Origin: Microbotryum violaceum
Lineage: Eukaryota
NCBI GenBank assembly: GCA_001244265.2
Contig: CDLV01000016.1
Location: 186,001-250,000 of the forward strand
DNA length: 64,000 nt
Direction: 5' to 3'
Positions 11,728 through 23,302 of the stretch are shown one piece after another (the stretch's first letter is position 1; every line of letters begins with the position of its first letter). Both the position numbers and the translations under genes were made by a program. The notes beneath the pieces are model-generated. The model did no database searches. It saw only the letters and a list, made by a program, of their open reading frames with translations, and was not told the origin of the DNA.

Positions 11728-14120
11728 TCGAATTCCAGTACGGTTAATCCTCGGACTCTGTTCTACCCAAACAATGAGAAAACAAAGAAGAGGACCATCG
11801 TCGGAATCGCTGTGCAACGCGGCCTGATACGTGCACGTGAGAAAAAAACTAAGAAAGCAAACACAGCGAACCCCCACACATCCCCACTTCCGCTCCATCA
11901 TCCCCATCCTCGAGTCTGACCTGTCCCGCCGCATTGCCAGTTGAAGCAGATGTTGACAGCGGGTGACCACGTTAGCAGCAGCTCGCAACTTTACGTCGAG
12001 CAGACGGAACTACTAGTAGGCAGTCACACTTGGTGTGCATAAAACTCCCTTTTTGTGGACAAAGTTGTTGATTCATCATTGATACCGGTCATGACGTCTT
12101 GCACTGCCGACTGGCGGACAAGGAAACCCCCTGTAACGCCAAATCCCGAGGTGGAGGCAAAGGTGGAGGTGGATGACGTAAGCAAGAGGTGGACGGTGCG
12201 GTGAAGGCGAGGTTGGCGTTCAAGATCAAGGTCAAAAACGAGCAGCATGAAATGCGGTAAATTCAAAGGTGGAGGTACAATGGGGAGGTACAATGGGGAG
12301 AAACAGACGTAGAGATGAAGGCAAAGGATGAAGGTGGAGGTGATTCGAGGTGGAAGCGAATGTGATGGTGATGGGGAATGGTGAAGGGTGAAGACGATAA
12401 TCGGATGTAGAGGTGAAGATGGTGATGATGATGGTGAAGATGGTATGATGTGGTGGGGATGGTGTGATGTAAAGGTAGATGAAGATGAACGGGCATGTGA
12501 AGGTGAAGGCGAGAGCAGGGTGAGCCCAAGTCCGTCGTACGAGGTCGGGTCCGGCCGATGATGCCGCAGCTGCGAGCCGGCCACGAGCGGGACTGGCCCG
12601 ATACAATGATAACCAACAACCTCTCCCAAACTTTTTACCTCGCAAGACGACCAGGACTGCCGTGGGCCCCTCTTCGATCAAGAGCGAGATCGGAGGCTGG
12701 TGACGATCCGAGTCAAGACCAGAGGAGGGCAGTGCCCAAGTCAGCGACGGTGGTACATACTTGCAACAAGTGGGAGGGGTGAACTCACGGTGGCTGATGG
12801 TACACTACTGCCGACTTCCACCACCTACCGCCTCGGTGCTGCGTCGATGCGCTAGTCGGTTTCGGCCCAGTGGTGGAGGAGCCATGTGAGAGGTACTCAT
12901 CAACGAAGAAGAAGGAAAGAGAGAGAGAGAGGTGAGAGGGGGGGGGCACTTTTATACTCGCCCTGAGGCCAGGCTTAGCGCTTATCAAGCGACTCGAGGT
13001 CAAGTTCTACGAGCTTGCTTCATCCGTGCCAATGACGCTAGTCCGCGCCGCCACCCCTCGGCATCGCAGCTCCCTCGGCGCTGCGGTCTTCCGAAAAAGG
13101 AGACCCCTCCGTCACCCGAGGTCACCAAGTCGACGTGAGTTGTAGCAGCAACAATTGACAAAGCAGTGTTCTTAATGGTTGCAAAATGAAACTCGTATTT
13201 TAACGCATCTGCTCGTACTACTCTGGGTCCGAACGACCCATTACTCGTGTTGCCCTTCCATGGTTCGGAGTCATTTTGAGGGATCAGAAGATCGAACTGA
13301 TGAGCCAGGAGCGCGCCGGTCCCCGTCAAGCGCCTTCGCCTCGCACCACGTCGCACCATCATCAATTTCGCCCGCGAAGATGGCGACCCCAGTGCCACGA
13401 ACGGAGCATGCCGCCATGGTAGACGCTCCATTTGCCGGCTCCGATCGAAAGCCGAGTCTGCACACGCTGCAGCCGCTCGTGCGCCTCCTTGTGATCTCGC
13501 ACAGGGAGATCGAGTCCATTCTCCTTCTACTGGCCTCCCGTCTGGTGTAATACCTACACCGTCTCCACCGGCGCTTCTCGAAGAAAACGTTGATCGTTTC
13601 TCTCCTCTTCGACCTCTCCCGACTCGTCGCTACGGTAAAGACTGACCGACCAGCGACCACGTACGGCCACCTTCTCAATCTTCACCTACCACGAACCCAC
13701 CATCACTATGTCGAGAATGAACACCCGAGCTGTGCTCGCCCTTGTACTCGTCGCATCGCTTCAAGCACTCGCTTCGCCCATCACCGGCATCACCTTCGCC
13801 GCCGGACCCGAGCAAGCCTTGGCGGTCCGTGCGCCTGCACCCGCCGCTGCAGCCACCGCGCGATCCCGTGTTCAACAACTTGGTGCAGATCGATATGTAC
13901 GACTCGCCACTCTTCACACCCGCGACGATGAACATCTCTTGGAGGCCCGACTTCTCAATCACGTGATGATCGAGCCAGGTTTGGCTATCCGAGCGGCTGA
14001 CGAATCCGAGAGCGAGGACACCGAGGAGGCTGAGACAGATGACGAAGCCGAGTTCGAGGAGACGGTTGAGGAGGTCATCGAGCGCCGCGGCAATTCACGG
14101 GTGTTTGCTACGTCGGCTCG
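11728..14120 (+). repeat. Right arm of large inverted repeat (true outer end may lie further right)
   Basis: Reverse complement of 1-2370. Includes a low-complexity GGTGAA/GATG tract (~12150-12510) and a TATAAAA-like box on the minus strand near 12950. Confidence 0.97.
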
Positions 14121-15396
14121 CCCCATTCTGGCCGGAATGAGACCGTAAGCTCATTTGATTCCAGCAGCGAAGCTACCGCAGGTTTCTTAGACTAACGTCG
14201 TGGAGTCCCCGTTGCTACTCTCTCTCAGCCCTCACGTCATTCCCAATCCGAAAGATCCTGACTTTGGCAAGCTTACGGCCACGCCCGTGCGCACAACCAC
14301 CACGACTACGTCCGCCAAGTCGACAGCGACCACAACCCCAAGAGCAACGACCGCTCCATCGACGACGATTACAACGACGACGACCACCACCACCACCACG
14401 ACGTCCACCAGGGCCGTTACCACCACACGGGATGCTGGCGCCGCGTCGATTCCGACCGGGCTCGGTTGCTTCCCCAGCAACGTCAGGACGATCCCGACCG
14501 GTGTGAACTACACCGCCGCTGATCTCGCTGTCAGCTGGTGGTGCGCCGACTCGAGTGAATACGCCTTCATGGGCTTCTCTTATTCGGTCGATGAATGCCA
14601 GTCCCCTTCGACGTTGCTCGCCGACTTTACGCGCATGCGCAAGCAATTCGGCGCTCGCTACGTTCGTCTCTATGGCGCGTGCGACGCGACCTGGTTCAAT
14701 GACGCTCTCGTCGATGCTGCTGCTTCGGCGAATCTCGGTGTCTAACACTTGATTTGGTTCGGCTTCGACGGTGACGACCAATGGAAGAGCCGCTACAGCG
14801 CTTTTGTCAAGACGATGCGCACGAACCCCAAGGCCCCGTTCGTGTTTAAGAATGTCGCCATCGGGTCCGAGCCGCTGTACGACGGGGTACTTTCGGCTAC
14901 CAACTTGGCGACCGAGATACTCAGTATGAAGAGCAAGATGGCGCCGTATGGAACAAAAGTCACCTTCTCCGAGATGCCATACGGGCTGCAGATCAACAAC
15001 GGCGCACCGTCCACCATGGCCGCGGCCGATTTCGTCGAAGGCAACGTCCTCCCCTTCTTCGACTCGCAGGCCACGACCGGAGCAAACGCCTGGGGGGTCG
15101 TTTCCTGGTCACTCAGCTACTTTGCTTCGCTTGCACCGGGCAAGATCATTCGGTAAGGTCAATTCATGCCTTCATTGTTTGCGATCGGCCCCAGCTGAGT
15201 CACCGTCCCTGTATTCTTTGAATGCGCAGCATGACCCAAACCGGCTGGCCGTCCGATCAGTCGGTGTGGAAGGCCAACACCCCAACGGCCGTTTCCAGCA
15301 TCTCGAGCCAGGCATCCTACTACGCCTTACTCGACTCCAAGTGCTCCTGGTTCAACGCAAACGGGGGCGTCGGGTGATTCGCGCACATCTACTCCG
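13708..15396 (+). pseudogene. Secreted GH17-like beta-1,3-glucanase/glucanosyltransferase pseudogene, 3'-truncated by LINE
   Basis: Signal peptide, Thr-rich stalk, YVRLYGAC, AIGSEPLYD, VTFSEMPY, NVLPFF, MTQTGWP. In-frame stops at 14743-14745 (GV*HLIWFGF) and 15375-15377 (GVG*FAHIYS), then an abrupt T-tract at 15397. Confidence 0.8.
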
Positions 15397-18300
15397 TTTT
15401 TTGTTTTTTTTTGTAGAACTTGTTCATCATATTGCCCCCAGTTCATGTTCCCCCTATTTGGCCTACGGAAAAACTAGATGGAAGTCGACGATGATAACAC
15501 AAACCGCCCGCAAGATGCGAGAAACGGGCCGGTGTCCACCAATCCCATACTTGGGATTCAAGTGCCCCAGCCAAGCGGTTGCTCCCCCCCAGGAGACGAA
15601 TGAGAGAGAGAAGGAGAGAGAGAGAAAGAGTAAGAGTAATAAAACGATTTACTAACGACAAGAGGCCCACCCTGCATCCACTTCCCAACTCGGTCGAGAC
15701 AAAGACAGGAGAGCGACTGCGCAGCTACCCTGACCCGCGAAGTCCCAAGTCTATGCTCGGTCACAACAAGACGCGGTGGAGGCCCCTCAAAGCCGACTTT
15801 CTGCCTGTGTCTACTGATCCTTCCCTTGACTCAGAACCCCGAAGCCAAAGAGCGCGAGCCACCGTCGAGTCAATCCCAAATCACGAGCCGGTCCATGAGC
15901 AACGAAGGCAGACCTGTAATAGATGAAAGATGAAAGCAAGATATTTAGTATACAGTTTTTTTGTTGGAAGATAAAGCGTGATGGTGTGTGTGTGTGTGGG
16001 GTGTGGTGGGGGGGAAATCGAACCCAGCCTCTACTGCCCTCGCCCGCCCCTTGCTCCTCCCGCCCTCAGCTTCATCCTCTCCTCCAGTACCACCCTCCTC
16101 CTCTCCACGCTCTCCATCCTCGTCCCGTGCTTCTGCATCCTTCATCTCCCACTGCTGATCATCTCCAAAACCATCCCCGTGAAGATCTCGATCGTCCAGC
16201 CCGCCCCTTCCTGTTCGCTGAGCTTGGCCTTGAGCTTGGGGAGGCCAAAGAGCCGTTGCAGTGTCGTGTACTGGGCGTCCTCGATCGTGTAGCACCCGAG
16301 TGCGTCGCAGAGCACGCCCCTTGCCGCGGTCCAGACGTTCCGCGAGTCAACGCAGCCGAAAAAGTAGTGGTCGGTGTCGTCCACCGGCGCTTCGCAGACG
16401 AGGCACGCGGGAGAAGTGTCGTGATTTTGTTGGTGTTGCAGCTTGCGCGTCGGGGTGAAGCGGAGAATCAGCTTGAACCAAATTTCCCTTTCCCTCGCTG
16501 TCAGTGCCTTCGAGTTGACCGCCTTCCAGAAGCTCCTGAGGTCGTCCGGCTGCGGTGGTCCCTTGAGCCCGAGCGTGTTGGTAAAGGCCTTCGCGTTCAG
16601 GACCCGGCGGATGCGACGGATGGTGTAGGATCGAGCCATGTTCAGCAGCTTGTACTGGCTCGCCTGTTGTGGAAGCACCGGGTCCGGAAGGCGCTGCTCC
16701 ATTGCGAAGCGGGCCACGGGCTTGGGGAGAATCGCCTCGAGCGGTGCGCTGGTGCCGATCCGGAGAGGCACGTTGAGCCGTCCCGCCGCCACCGCCACCG
16801 CCAAGGGCGTGTTCTTGTGTCGATCGACAGTGAACCGGTACCAGGCCGCGATTGCCAGTCGCTGCGGGAGCCCGCGTCGATCGTACTCGCTGTTGTCGCC
16901 GAGCACATCCGCAGGCGGCGTCCAAAGGTGAAACCCCCCACCCGCATACAACTCGCGCCGATAGAGATCCGCCACCTTCGGGTAGCCCTGGAGACGAAGG
17001 TAGTCAGGTATATGAACCGCGTCGATGGTCTGTCTCCCTCTGATGGGGGTGTGGAGGCTGCCGAGCAAGGTGGGAAGCGCGAGCAGGTTCGCGGTGGTCA
17101 AGGTCCTCGGGTTGACCTGCGCGTCTTGCTGTTTCGGAACCCCCAAAGCTGCTCGCCATCGGGGATGGAGGTCGCTGGGGATGGGAGTGGATGGATGTGG
17201 CCAGAGATCGGTGGCCAGGTCGAGGTCGGACTGAGCTCGCTGGAGTGCCGCGCGCGCAAGTCCTTGCCAGATCGCGCCCGAACCGCCGAGAAGAACGTCC
17301 CAGATCCGTGCCGCAACCGCGTACACGACGTCCTGCATCCTGATCACCCCGAGTCCCCCCTTGAGCTTGGCTGTGAACACGATATCTCTGCCGTAGCTGG
17401 TCCTGCCCTTGCCCCCACGGACGAAATCGACGAGCATGTCATCGAGCTTCTTGACGACTTCGGGCGGTGGGATGTCGGCTGCAAGGAAGTGCAGGATCTT
17501 GGGGATGGCGTACCGATTGACGTAAAAGGCACGGGTGTGGTGCGTGAGCCAGCGATGCTGGACCGCCTCCAGCGTCGCCTCGAGGCGTTCGATGAGATTG
17601 GCGTAGGCGAGTTCGGTGTCGCCGCTCGGGTCGAAGGGGAGGCCCATCCACTCGAGTGACTCGTCTGCAGCCTTGACGACGAGCGGGCGTTCCTCCGGGT
17701 CCCAGCGGCGTCCGATCGGTAGGACGACCGTCTTGTCCGTGTTGAGCCGGCCATTCGTTGCATGCTTCCAGTCGAGCGCCAGGTCATCGAGCAAGTTGAA
17801 TGACTCCAAGCCCGCGACGGCGACGACAACGTCATCGGCGAAAGCAAGTGATGTAATGGCGCGGCTCTGTGGGTACGGATGAAGTGCAGGTATGGACAGA
17901 TTCAGCGCGATGTTTCGACGGGGTAGAGCATCCAGAAACGGCTGAAACACGATGTCCCAGACTGACGACGACGCCGGCTCCCCTTGGCCGAGCCCACACG
18001 TCAGTCGCATCGGCGCCGTCAGGAACCCATTGATGATGTAGCGGGCCGAGGTCGAGTCACTCGAGTAGAGCATCCTCAGCACGCGAAGAAAGGTGGCAGG
18101 AGCGCCCAGGGCGTCGAAGATGGCAAAGATCCAGTCATGCTCGACGAGGTCGTAGACGGATGATTGGTCAAGAGACAAGAGCGCGGCCGCGGGGAACTCG
18201 GTCCTGCGCGCGCCAAGTTCCTCGATCAGGAGACGAAGGTGTAGTGCAGCGTCAGCCGATCGGCGGTCCTTGACGAATCCGTGCTGCTGCGGCGGGAGGA

Positions 18301-19099
18301 GATCGGGTAGAATCTGGTTCAAACGGGCGACATAGACCTTGGTAAAGATCTTGTAATCGCACTCGCGCAGGGTGATCGGCCGGTACGACGAAAGTTCGGC
18401 GCGATCGGCGTTCTCCTTGTGTCGCTTGAAGATAAGGCGCACGAAACCTTGGCCCTGCTTGGGAGAGAGTGAACCGCGCTCAATCATCGCGTTGTAGGCC
18501 TTGGTCAGCAGCTTGGCCCACGCCTCGGGTGCGGTCTGGTAGAGTTCGTAGGGCACGCCCGACGGTCCCGGCGATCGCCCCGGGTGCGTCGTCCCGATCG
18601 CGGCCACGACCTCGTCCTCGGTGATCGGTCGCTGGAGTAAGTCGGTCTGCGATTCCGAGAGTCGGCGCAGAAAGAGCGGATTCGAGCGCGGGTCGTCGCA
18701 AGTCCGCGCCGCCCTGATCGGCGCGAGGAATTCGTCCTGAAGTCGAGCGACGCGGTCCGGATCACGAGGGTCGATGTGGTAGAGGCGCTGGAAATGCGCC
18801 TGCGTGTGGTCAAGAGCGACATCAATGTCCTGCGTTAGCTCTCCGTTGCTCAAGCGCAGTGCTGTGATCTTGGAGTCCGAGTTCCGCGCCGCGAGCTTGG
18901 CGTGGACCGGCCGCGACAGTCGTTCCTCGGAAGCGATCTCGGGGACGTACCGCCCGCTTGAGTTCCTCGGACGTCCTTGTCCATTCTGCCGTTTCCGCCT
19001 CCCCCCATTCCGGTATCGCCTCCAGATCCTGCACCCTCCCCACCAAATACTCCATCCTTTCCGTCCGCTCCCGATGCAGCCTCCTCGCCATCTCCCTCA
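15397..19099 (-). mobile_element. 5'-truncated L1/Tx1-like LINE retrotransposon with 3' UTR and poly(A) tail
   Basis: Poly(A) seen as a T-tract at 15397-15412, ~730 bp 3' UTR, ORF2 remnant 16142-19099 with a frame break near 18950. No endonuclease domain or ORF1 present. Confidence 0.9.
16142..18853 (-). CDS. LINE ORF2 reverse transcriptase plus C-terminal CCHC zinc finger (N-terminally truncated)
   Basis: [47 protein letters not shown]...DHYFFGC. Confidence 0.92.
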   Translation of the reverse strand: MSNGELTQDIDVALDHTQAHFQRLYHIDPRDPDRVARLQDEFLAPIRAARTCDDPRSNPLFLRRLSESQTDLLQRPITEDEVVAAIGTTHPGRSPGPSGVPYELYQTAPEAWAKLLTKAYNAMIERGSLSPKQGQGFVRLIFKRHKENADRAELSSYRPITLRECDYKIFTKVYVARLNQILPDLLPPQQHGFVKDRRSADAALHLRLLIEELGARRTEFPAAALLSLDQSSVYDLVEHDWIFAIFDALGAPATFLRVLRMLYSSDSTSARYIINGFLTAPMRLTCGLGQGEPASSSVWDIVFQPFLDALPRRNIALNLSIPALHPYPQSRAITSLAFADDVVVAVAGLESFNLLDDLALDWKHATNGRLNTDKTVVLPIGRRWDPEERPLVVKAADESLEWMGLPFDPSGDTELAYANLIERLEATLEAVQHRWLTHHTRAFYVNRYAIPKILHFLAADIPPPEVVKKLDDMLVDFVRGGKGRTSYGRDIVFTAKLKGGLGVIRMQDVVYAVAARIWDVLLGGSGAIWQGLARAALQRAQSDLDLATDLWPHPSTPIPSDLHPRWRAALGVPKQQDAQVNPRTLTTANLLALPTLLGSLHTPIRGRQTIDAVHIPDYLRLQGYPKVADLYRRELYAGGGFHLWTPPADVLGDNSEYDRRGLPQRLAIAAWYRFTVDRHKNTPLAVAVAAGRLNVPLRIGTSAPLEAILPKPVARFAMEQRLPDPVLPQQASQYKLLNMARSYTIRRIRRVLNAKAFTNTLGLKGPPQPDDLRSFWKAVNSKALTAREREIWFKLILRFTPTRKLQHQQNHDTSPACLVCEAPVDDTDHYFFGCVDSRNVWTAARGVLCDALGCYTIEDAQYTTLQRLFGLPKLKAKLSEQEGAGWTIEIFTGMVLEMISSGR

Positions 19100-19690
19100 T
19101 TTTTTTTATTTATTTTTGTTTAACTGGGCTCATAAATTACGATCCTTCGGGTTGGCTAGAATCGCTACAAAAAGAGCTAAAGAGGTAATAAAGCAACGAC
19201 GACAAGCAGTTGGGTGAAAGTCAAACCCCTGCGCGCAACGAGTGCTGCGCAGATCAAAACCCGCCGAGCACCTAACGCGGACTCCAACGAGTGGTGAGTA
19301 CTGCTGCCGCTTCACAACCCAAGATCGGGAGCGAAGATACTCGAAAACCAGGCAAGAGCGCCTAGAAAGAAAAAAGGGGACAATATACAAAAAGTCACAA
19401 ACGGGAACACCGAGAAAGGAAAATACTAAAACAAGGGGAAAGGAGGGGGGAGGAGGGGGGACACACTCGAGGGACCAAGAAAGGGGGTCGAAGCCAGGGA
19501 TAGAGGTCCCCAAAGACTAACAGGCCGCAGCCAAGCCCCAGCTACTCGTCACCCCGACAACGCCCGATGGCCCTCCTTGGCTGAGTCTCGAGTGCTGGCT
19601 GTTGAGCCGTCGGAAGTCGGGCGATTTTTATTTTTTTTGTAGAAACTGAACGTAGATTTTTTTTGTTTGTTTTTGACTGGGGCTCATATA
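19100..19690 (-). mobile_element. Stack of three short poly(A)-tailed retroelement 3' ends
   Basis: T-tracts at ~19100, ~19625 and ~19657. Two are followed by actggg(g)ctcata; one is followed by gtagaa, as at the LINE end at 15413. Confidence 0.55.
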
Positions 19691-20421
19691 TCAGGAAGCC
19701 GATTTCGACTCCGGCCACCGCCGCCCCTGTTCCGGGGGGCCTCGACTTCGACTTCGACCACCGGTTTCCGAGTTGCTGGAAAGATGGGAAGCACGGTGGG
19801 CCTGCCCCTTTAAGCTCTCGTGTTTTTGGCACGAACATGATCAAGCTGGGACCTCGTGCTAACCCCGCAGGTGCAGCGACCGGCAACAAGAACGACGCGA
19901 ACGACGGCGACGGCGACGACGAGTCGGTCGCTTCGACCGAATCGGAGGGCGGCGAAAGTGGGGAAGAGATGTTGACGCGGGCGACCATGGGCTTGTTGGA
20001 ATCAACGATGATCCCGAAAGGATCAACAAAAGAAGAAGAACGGCTGGACCAGGAGTTGAACCTGGGTCGCTTCCATTCATTGGAAAAGCTTTGACCAACT
20101 AAGCTATCCGGCCCCTTGATATTAGTGCAAGGTCTACTAACACCTTCAACACTTCCCCTTAGACCTTTGCAATTCGTCAACTTTAAGTCCCAATTGGACT
20201 CTGTGTCAACATCTGCGGCAGCTCCGGTAACTCTGTGCGGCGTCACTGGGAAGATTTACAAGCAAGGTTTTGTAATAGATCCTCACATTGTGTTATCAAC
20301 CACGCGCTCGTGCGTGAGAAGAACCCCATACGCCGGTATCATTATTCGGGCCGGTTCGCGACTCCTCGAAGTCAGGCGCGATGCGGGCGGATTTGGCGTT
20401 CCCGACCCGATTCGACTCTAG
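19690..20421 (+). pseudogene. Unidentified coding remnant, one frame with a single internal stop
   Basis: ORFs 19663..20094 and 20116..20421 are in the same frame and separated by one TGA. The 5' end abuts the retroelement stack. Confidence 0.3.
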
Positions 20422-20899
20422 AACAGACGAGCTTCATATTGATGATTTTCTGCGGAATAACATTTCTCTTCCTGCGTAAGACCTGTCATCCTCTCTGCGT
20501 CTGAACCTATTGCCTGATTTCCAAAGATGAAACTCCGCATACGCAGTTACTGCACCCGGGCCCTCAAGTGGTCGTCTCTCGAACAGACGGGTCGAGGTTG
20601 GTGGCGAAGACGCGAAGTAGGCTTGGGTCTTTCCAGTTTACTCGCCAGATACTGTGCAAAAGCCGTTCGCGGGGACCCCTTTTGAAGAACATCAAGCTGT
20701 CCTCATCGCCATGCCAGAGGAGACCCTAAGAAAATGCTCCTGAATTTGGCTGCCTCGGACTCTTGGCGCGTCCCTCGCGTTGGAGGTTTGCGCTCAATCG
20801 CACTCGAGGTGCACTCGAGGTGCACCCGACCTCCGCGACTTCCTTGCCCTGGCATCCCCACTCGCGTTTCCGCTCGCGTTCCCTCTCGCGTCCCCTCGT

Positions 20900-21706
20900 C
20901 TTGCATGTGCTGGTGCATCCACATCAACTCGAAATAGTAGGACCGCTTGGAAACTTTACAGAGTGGTGTGCCTCTCCTCAAGTCGAGATGTATCTGCTGG
21001 CCCTGACCCTGATCATGCGCTTCCGTCACCTTGGCTTCAAGTGTAAGCACCCCACCTTGATCTTCTCTGATCCGGATCCGAATCGGAGAATGAGGTGAAC
21101 GACCTCATTCTCCTCCCAATTTGTGGCCTCTGCGAGTCGATTCAGCTTTCTTCTTCACCTCCTCGGCGCCGTGCTGGTTCCTGATGCTGCTAATCTCGCA
21201 CTATGGCCACGCCTGGATCGATGGGACCTCTTTAGGCTGGGGCAGCTTGGCCATGGGGGGCGCTCTCCTCTTCTACTGTCGACCGAGCGATAGAGAGACC
21301 TATCTGCGAAGATATCACTCTCCATTCAAGTAAGCTCTTCAGACTCTAGGCATCACAAGCCACCATCTTATTTGCCTTGAAGCCCGGGCCCCTCACTGCA
21401 TCCACTGTAGCTGATAGAGACTGAACCTTGTCCTTTCAACTTGTGCTCCTCCGACCCCTCACTATAACCAGTCAAATACTTCTCTACTTCATCCCTGAAC
21501 TCGCTCTCGGAGCCCCCTTCCCTCATGCAGTGGCCATGTGCATCCTCAGTGGCAAAAGTTTCACCGGCTTGAAGCACACTCTCGTAAGCGAGGGGATGAT
21601 CAAGGAGAACCTCGGCACCGAATGGCCCAGGCTCTCGGCGGTGTTGAATGCGATATCCCCCTTCGCCATGCTTGTGACCTACTTCAACATATTGACATTC
21701 GACTGA
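20900..21706 (+). CDS. Possible multi-exon hypothetical membrane protein (may be degenerate)
   Basis: Hydrophobic segments in three ORFs with GTAAGC donors (~21043, ~21330) and a CTGAAC...CAG acceptor (~21471). No recognisable family. Confidence 0.3.
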
Positions 21707-23302
21707 GTGTGCATTGCTTTGCTCCTCAAGGGACTACTGGGTGGAATCAGCGCTCTTCGACAATGGGTTCGTGCCAGGTGAAGGTTACGGGAGTCCTGCG
21801 GGTGCTGGTTGACTTGGCGTTTCGGGTTCGGATGGCGAAATTACGCGACATCGGTTTTGAACTTTCTGCAATGCAACAGTTTCCTTCGCTGTACAGCTTC
21901 TTCAGCTCGGAATGAAGCCTGCTAATCGCGCAATGGAACCTGCTACCTTAACCTTCGAAAGTTTCTGCAACCACGCGCCGGTCTGAGTAAAAGCGCTCAT
22001 TGAGTTCCGACCAGGAAGCGATTCTCCGAGTCACTGGCCGCGGATCCCACGACCTACACTTTGCAAGAATACACCATTTCGATGTGGGCTTTGAACACTT
22101 CTCTCTTTCGAACGAGGCCTATACTATTGAACAGGCTCGTTCAAACGACGGGGTGTGAAGTGCCAACACGGTCAGCCATGCTTTGTTGCGGCTCAGGGGC
22201 TTGGTCGAAAGTCACGTCTCTCAACCGGTGAACGTGCACCTCCTGTAGAGGACACTGCTACCCCTGTGGTTCGAAAGCAGCATTGGATCCGATGGGCACT
22301 TGCGACTACTCGACAACTGTGATGCCGAGTCAATGTCAAGGCTGTTTCTTCTTAGATCCCGGTTTCAGGCTGCTGTAGGTCTTGTTGTCCTCTCATTTTC
22401 ATCGCTCGCCCGCCGATCATGGCGGCCGCCACGTCGGTCGATCTAGACTCTGCCTATAGCGCGGCTCATCGTCGTCGAGTGATCGAACCGAGATTCCGGC
22501 TGATTCCGCGGCGCGCACGCGTGGGCTCTCGCGGGTTGTCATCCCCCAGTCTCCATCCCCGATCGCTGACTGAATTTGTGTGCGTATGTGTGCATCGCTC
22601 TCTGCCGCACGTGACCGCGTGCGTGTATAGGTGTGTGTTCGTGTCTGTGTCTCTGTAAGTCCCCCAGCCCACTTCAACTTCCGACGCGGTGGTCGGCGGC
22701 TCTACTGCCGATGGCGATCCCGACGCCGACGTCGACCTCCACCTTGAGCTTGAGCTCAACACTGCATTGGAACCGATCGGATGTCGAATTGCCTTGTCAC
22801 GATCGCATCGACCAGTTCGTATGCGTGTTTGTCCCACCGTATCCTCGCACTCTGGAGGGACGGCTGCGCTGCTCCTCAACCGTCGGAGCGGTCTACGCGG
22901 CGCATCGACTTCGACCTGTGTGCAGAAGCGGCCTCGAGGCGAAACTCTGCTCTGCGCATTCACACACCCTTTCGACGCTGCGTTTCATCGGAAATCATCA
23001 GGAGGAATTCTAGGGGCATGGTGGGGATCGCTCGCTGGTCGGGGCGCGACGGCTGGTCTCGGCGTTCAACGTTCAGCATCCAGCCGCCCGATCTGTGACG
23101 GTTGGCCCATTGATCCCTGCGCTCTCCGTCCAGTCCGGCCTACCGACGAGACCACGATTGGCTCATCAGATCGAGTCGGCATAACCAACCAGAATACAAC
23201 CGAACAACACGTAGAACGTGAACCGTTTGAGCTAATCAAAATACATCGTCCTTCCACACGCAGGTGCGCTCGCTTCACGAGTGACTGGGTCACGTTGTGC
23301 CC

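Noticed and set aside
15923-17659. 578-aa plus-strand ORF
   Set aside because: Antisense shadow of the GC-rich LINE ORF2 with no recognisable motifs.
1-22000. Mating-type locus interpretation of the inverted repeat
   Set aside because: No pheromone precursor with a CAAX end, STE3 receptor or homeodomain gene was recognisable in the window.
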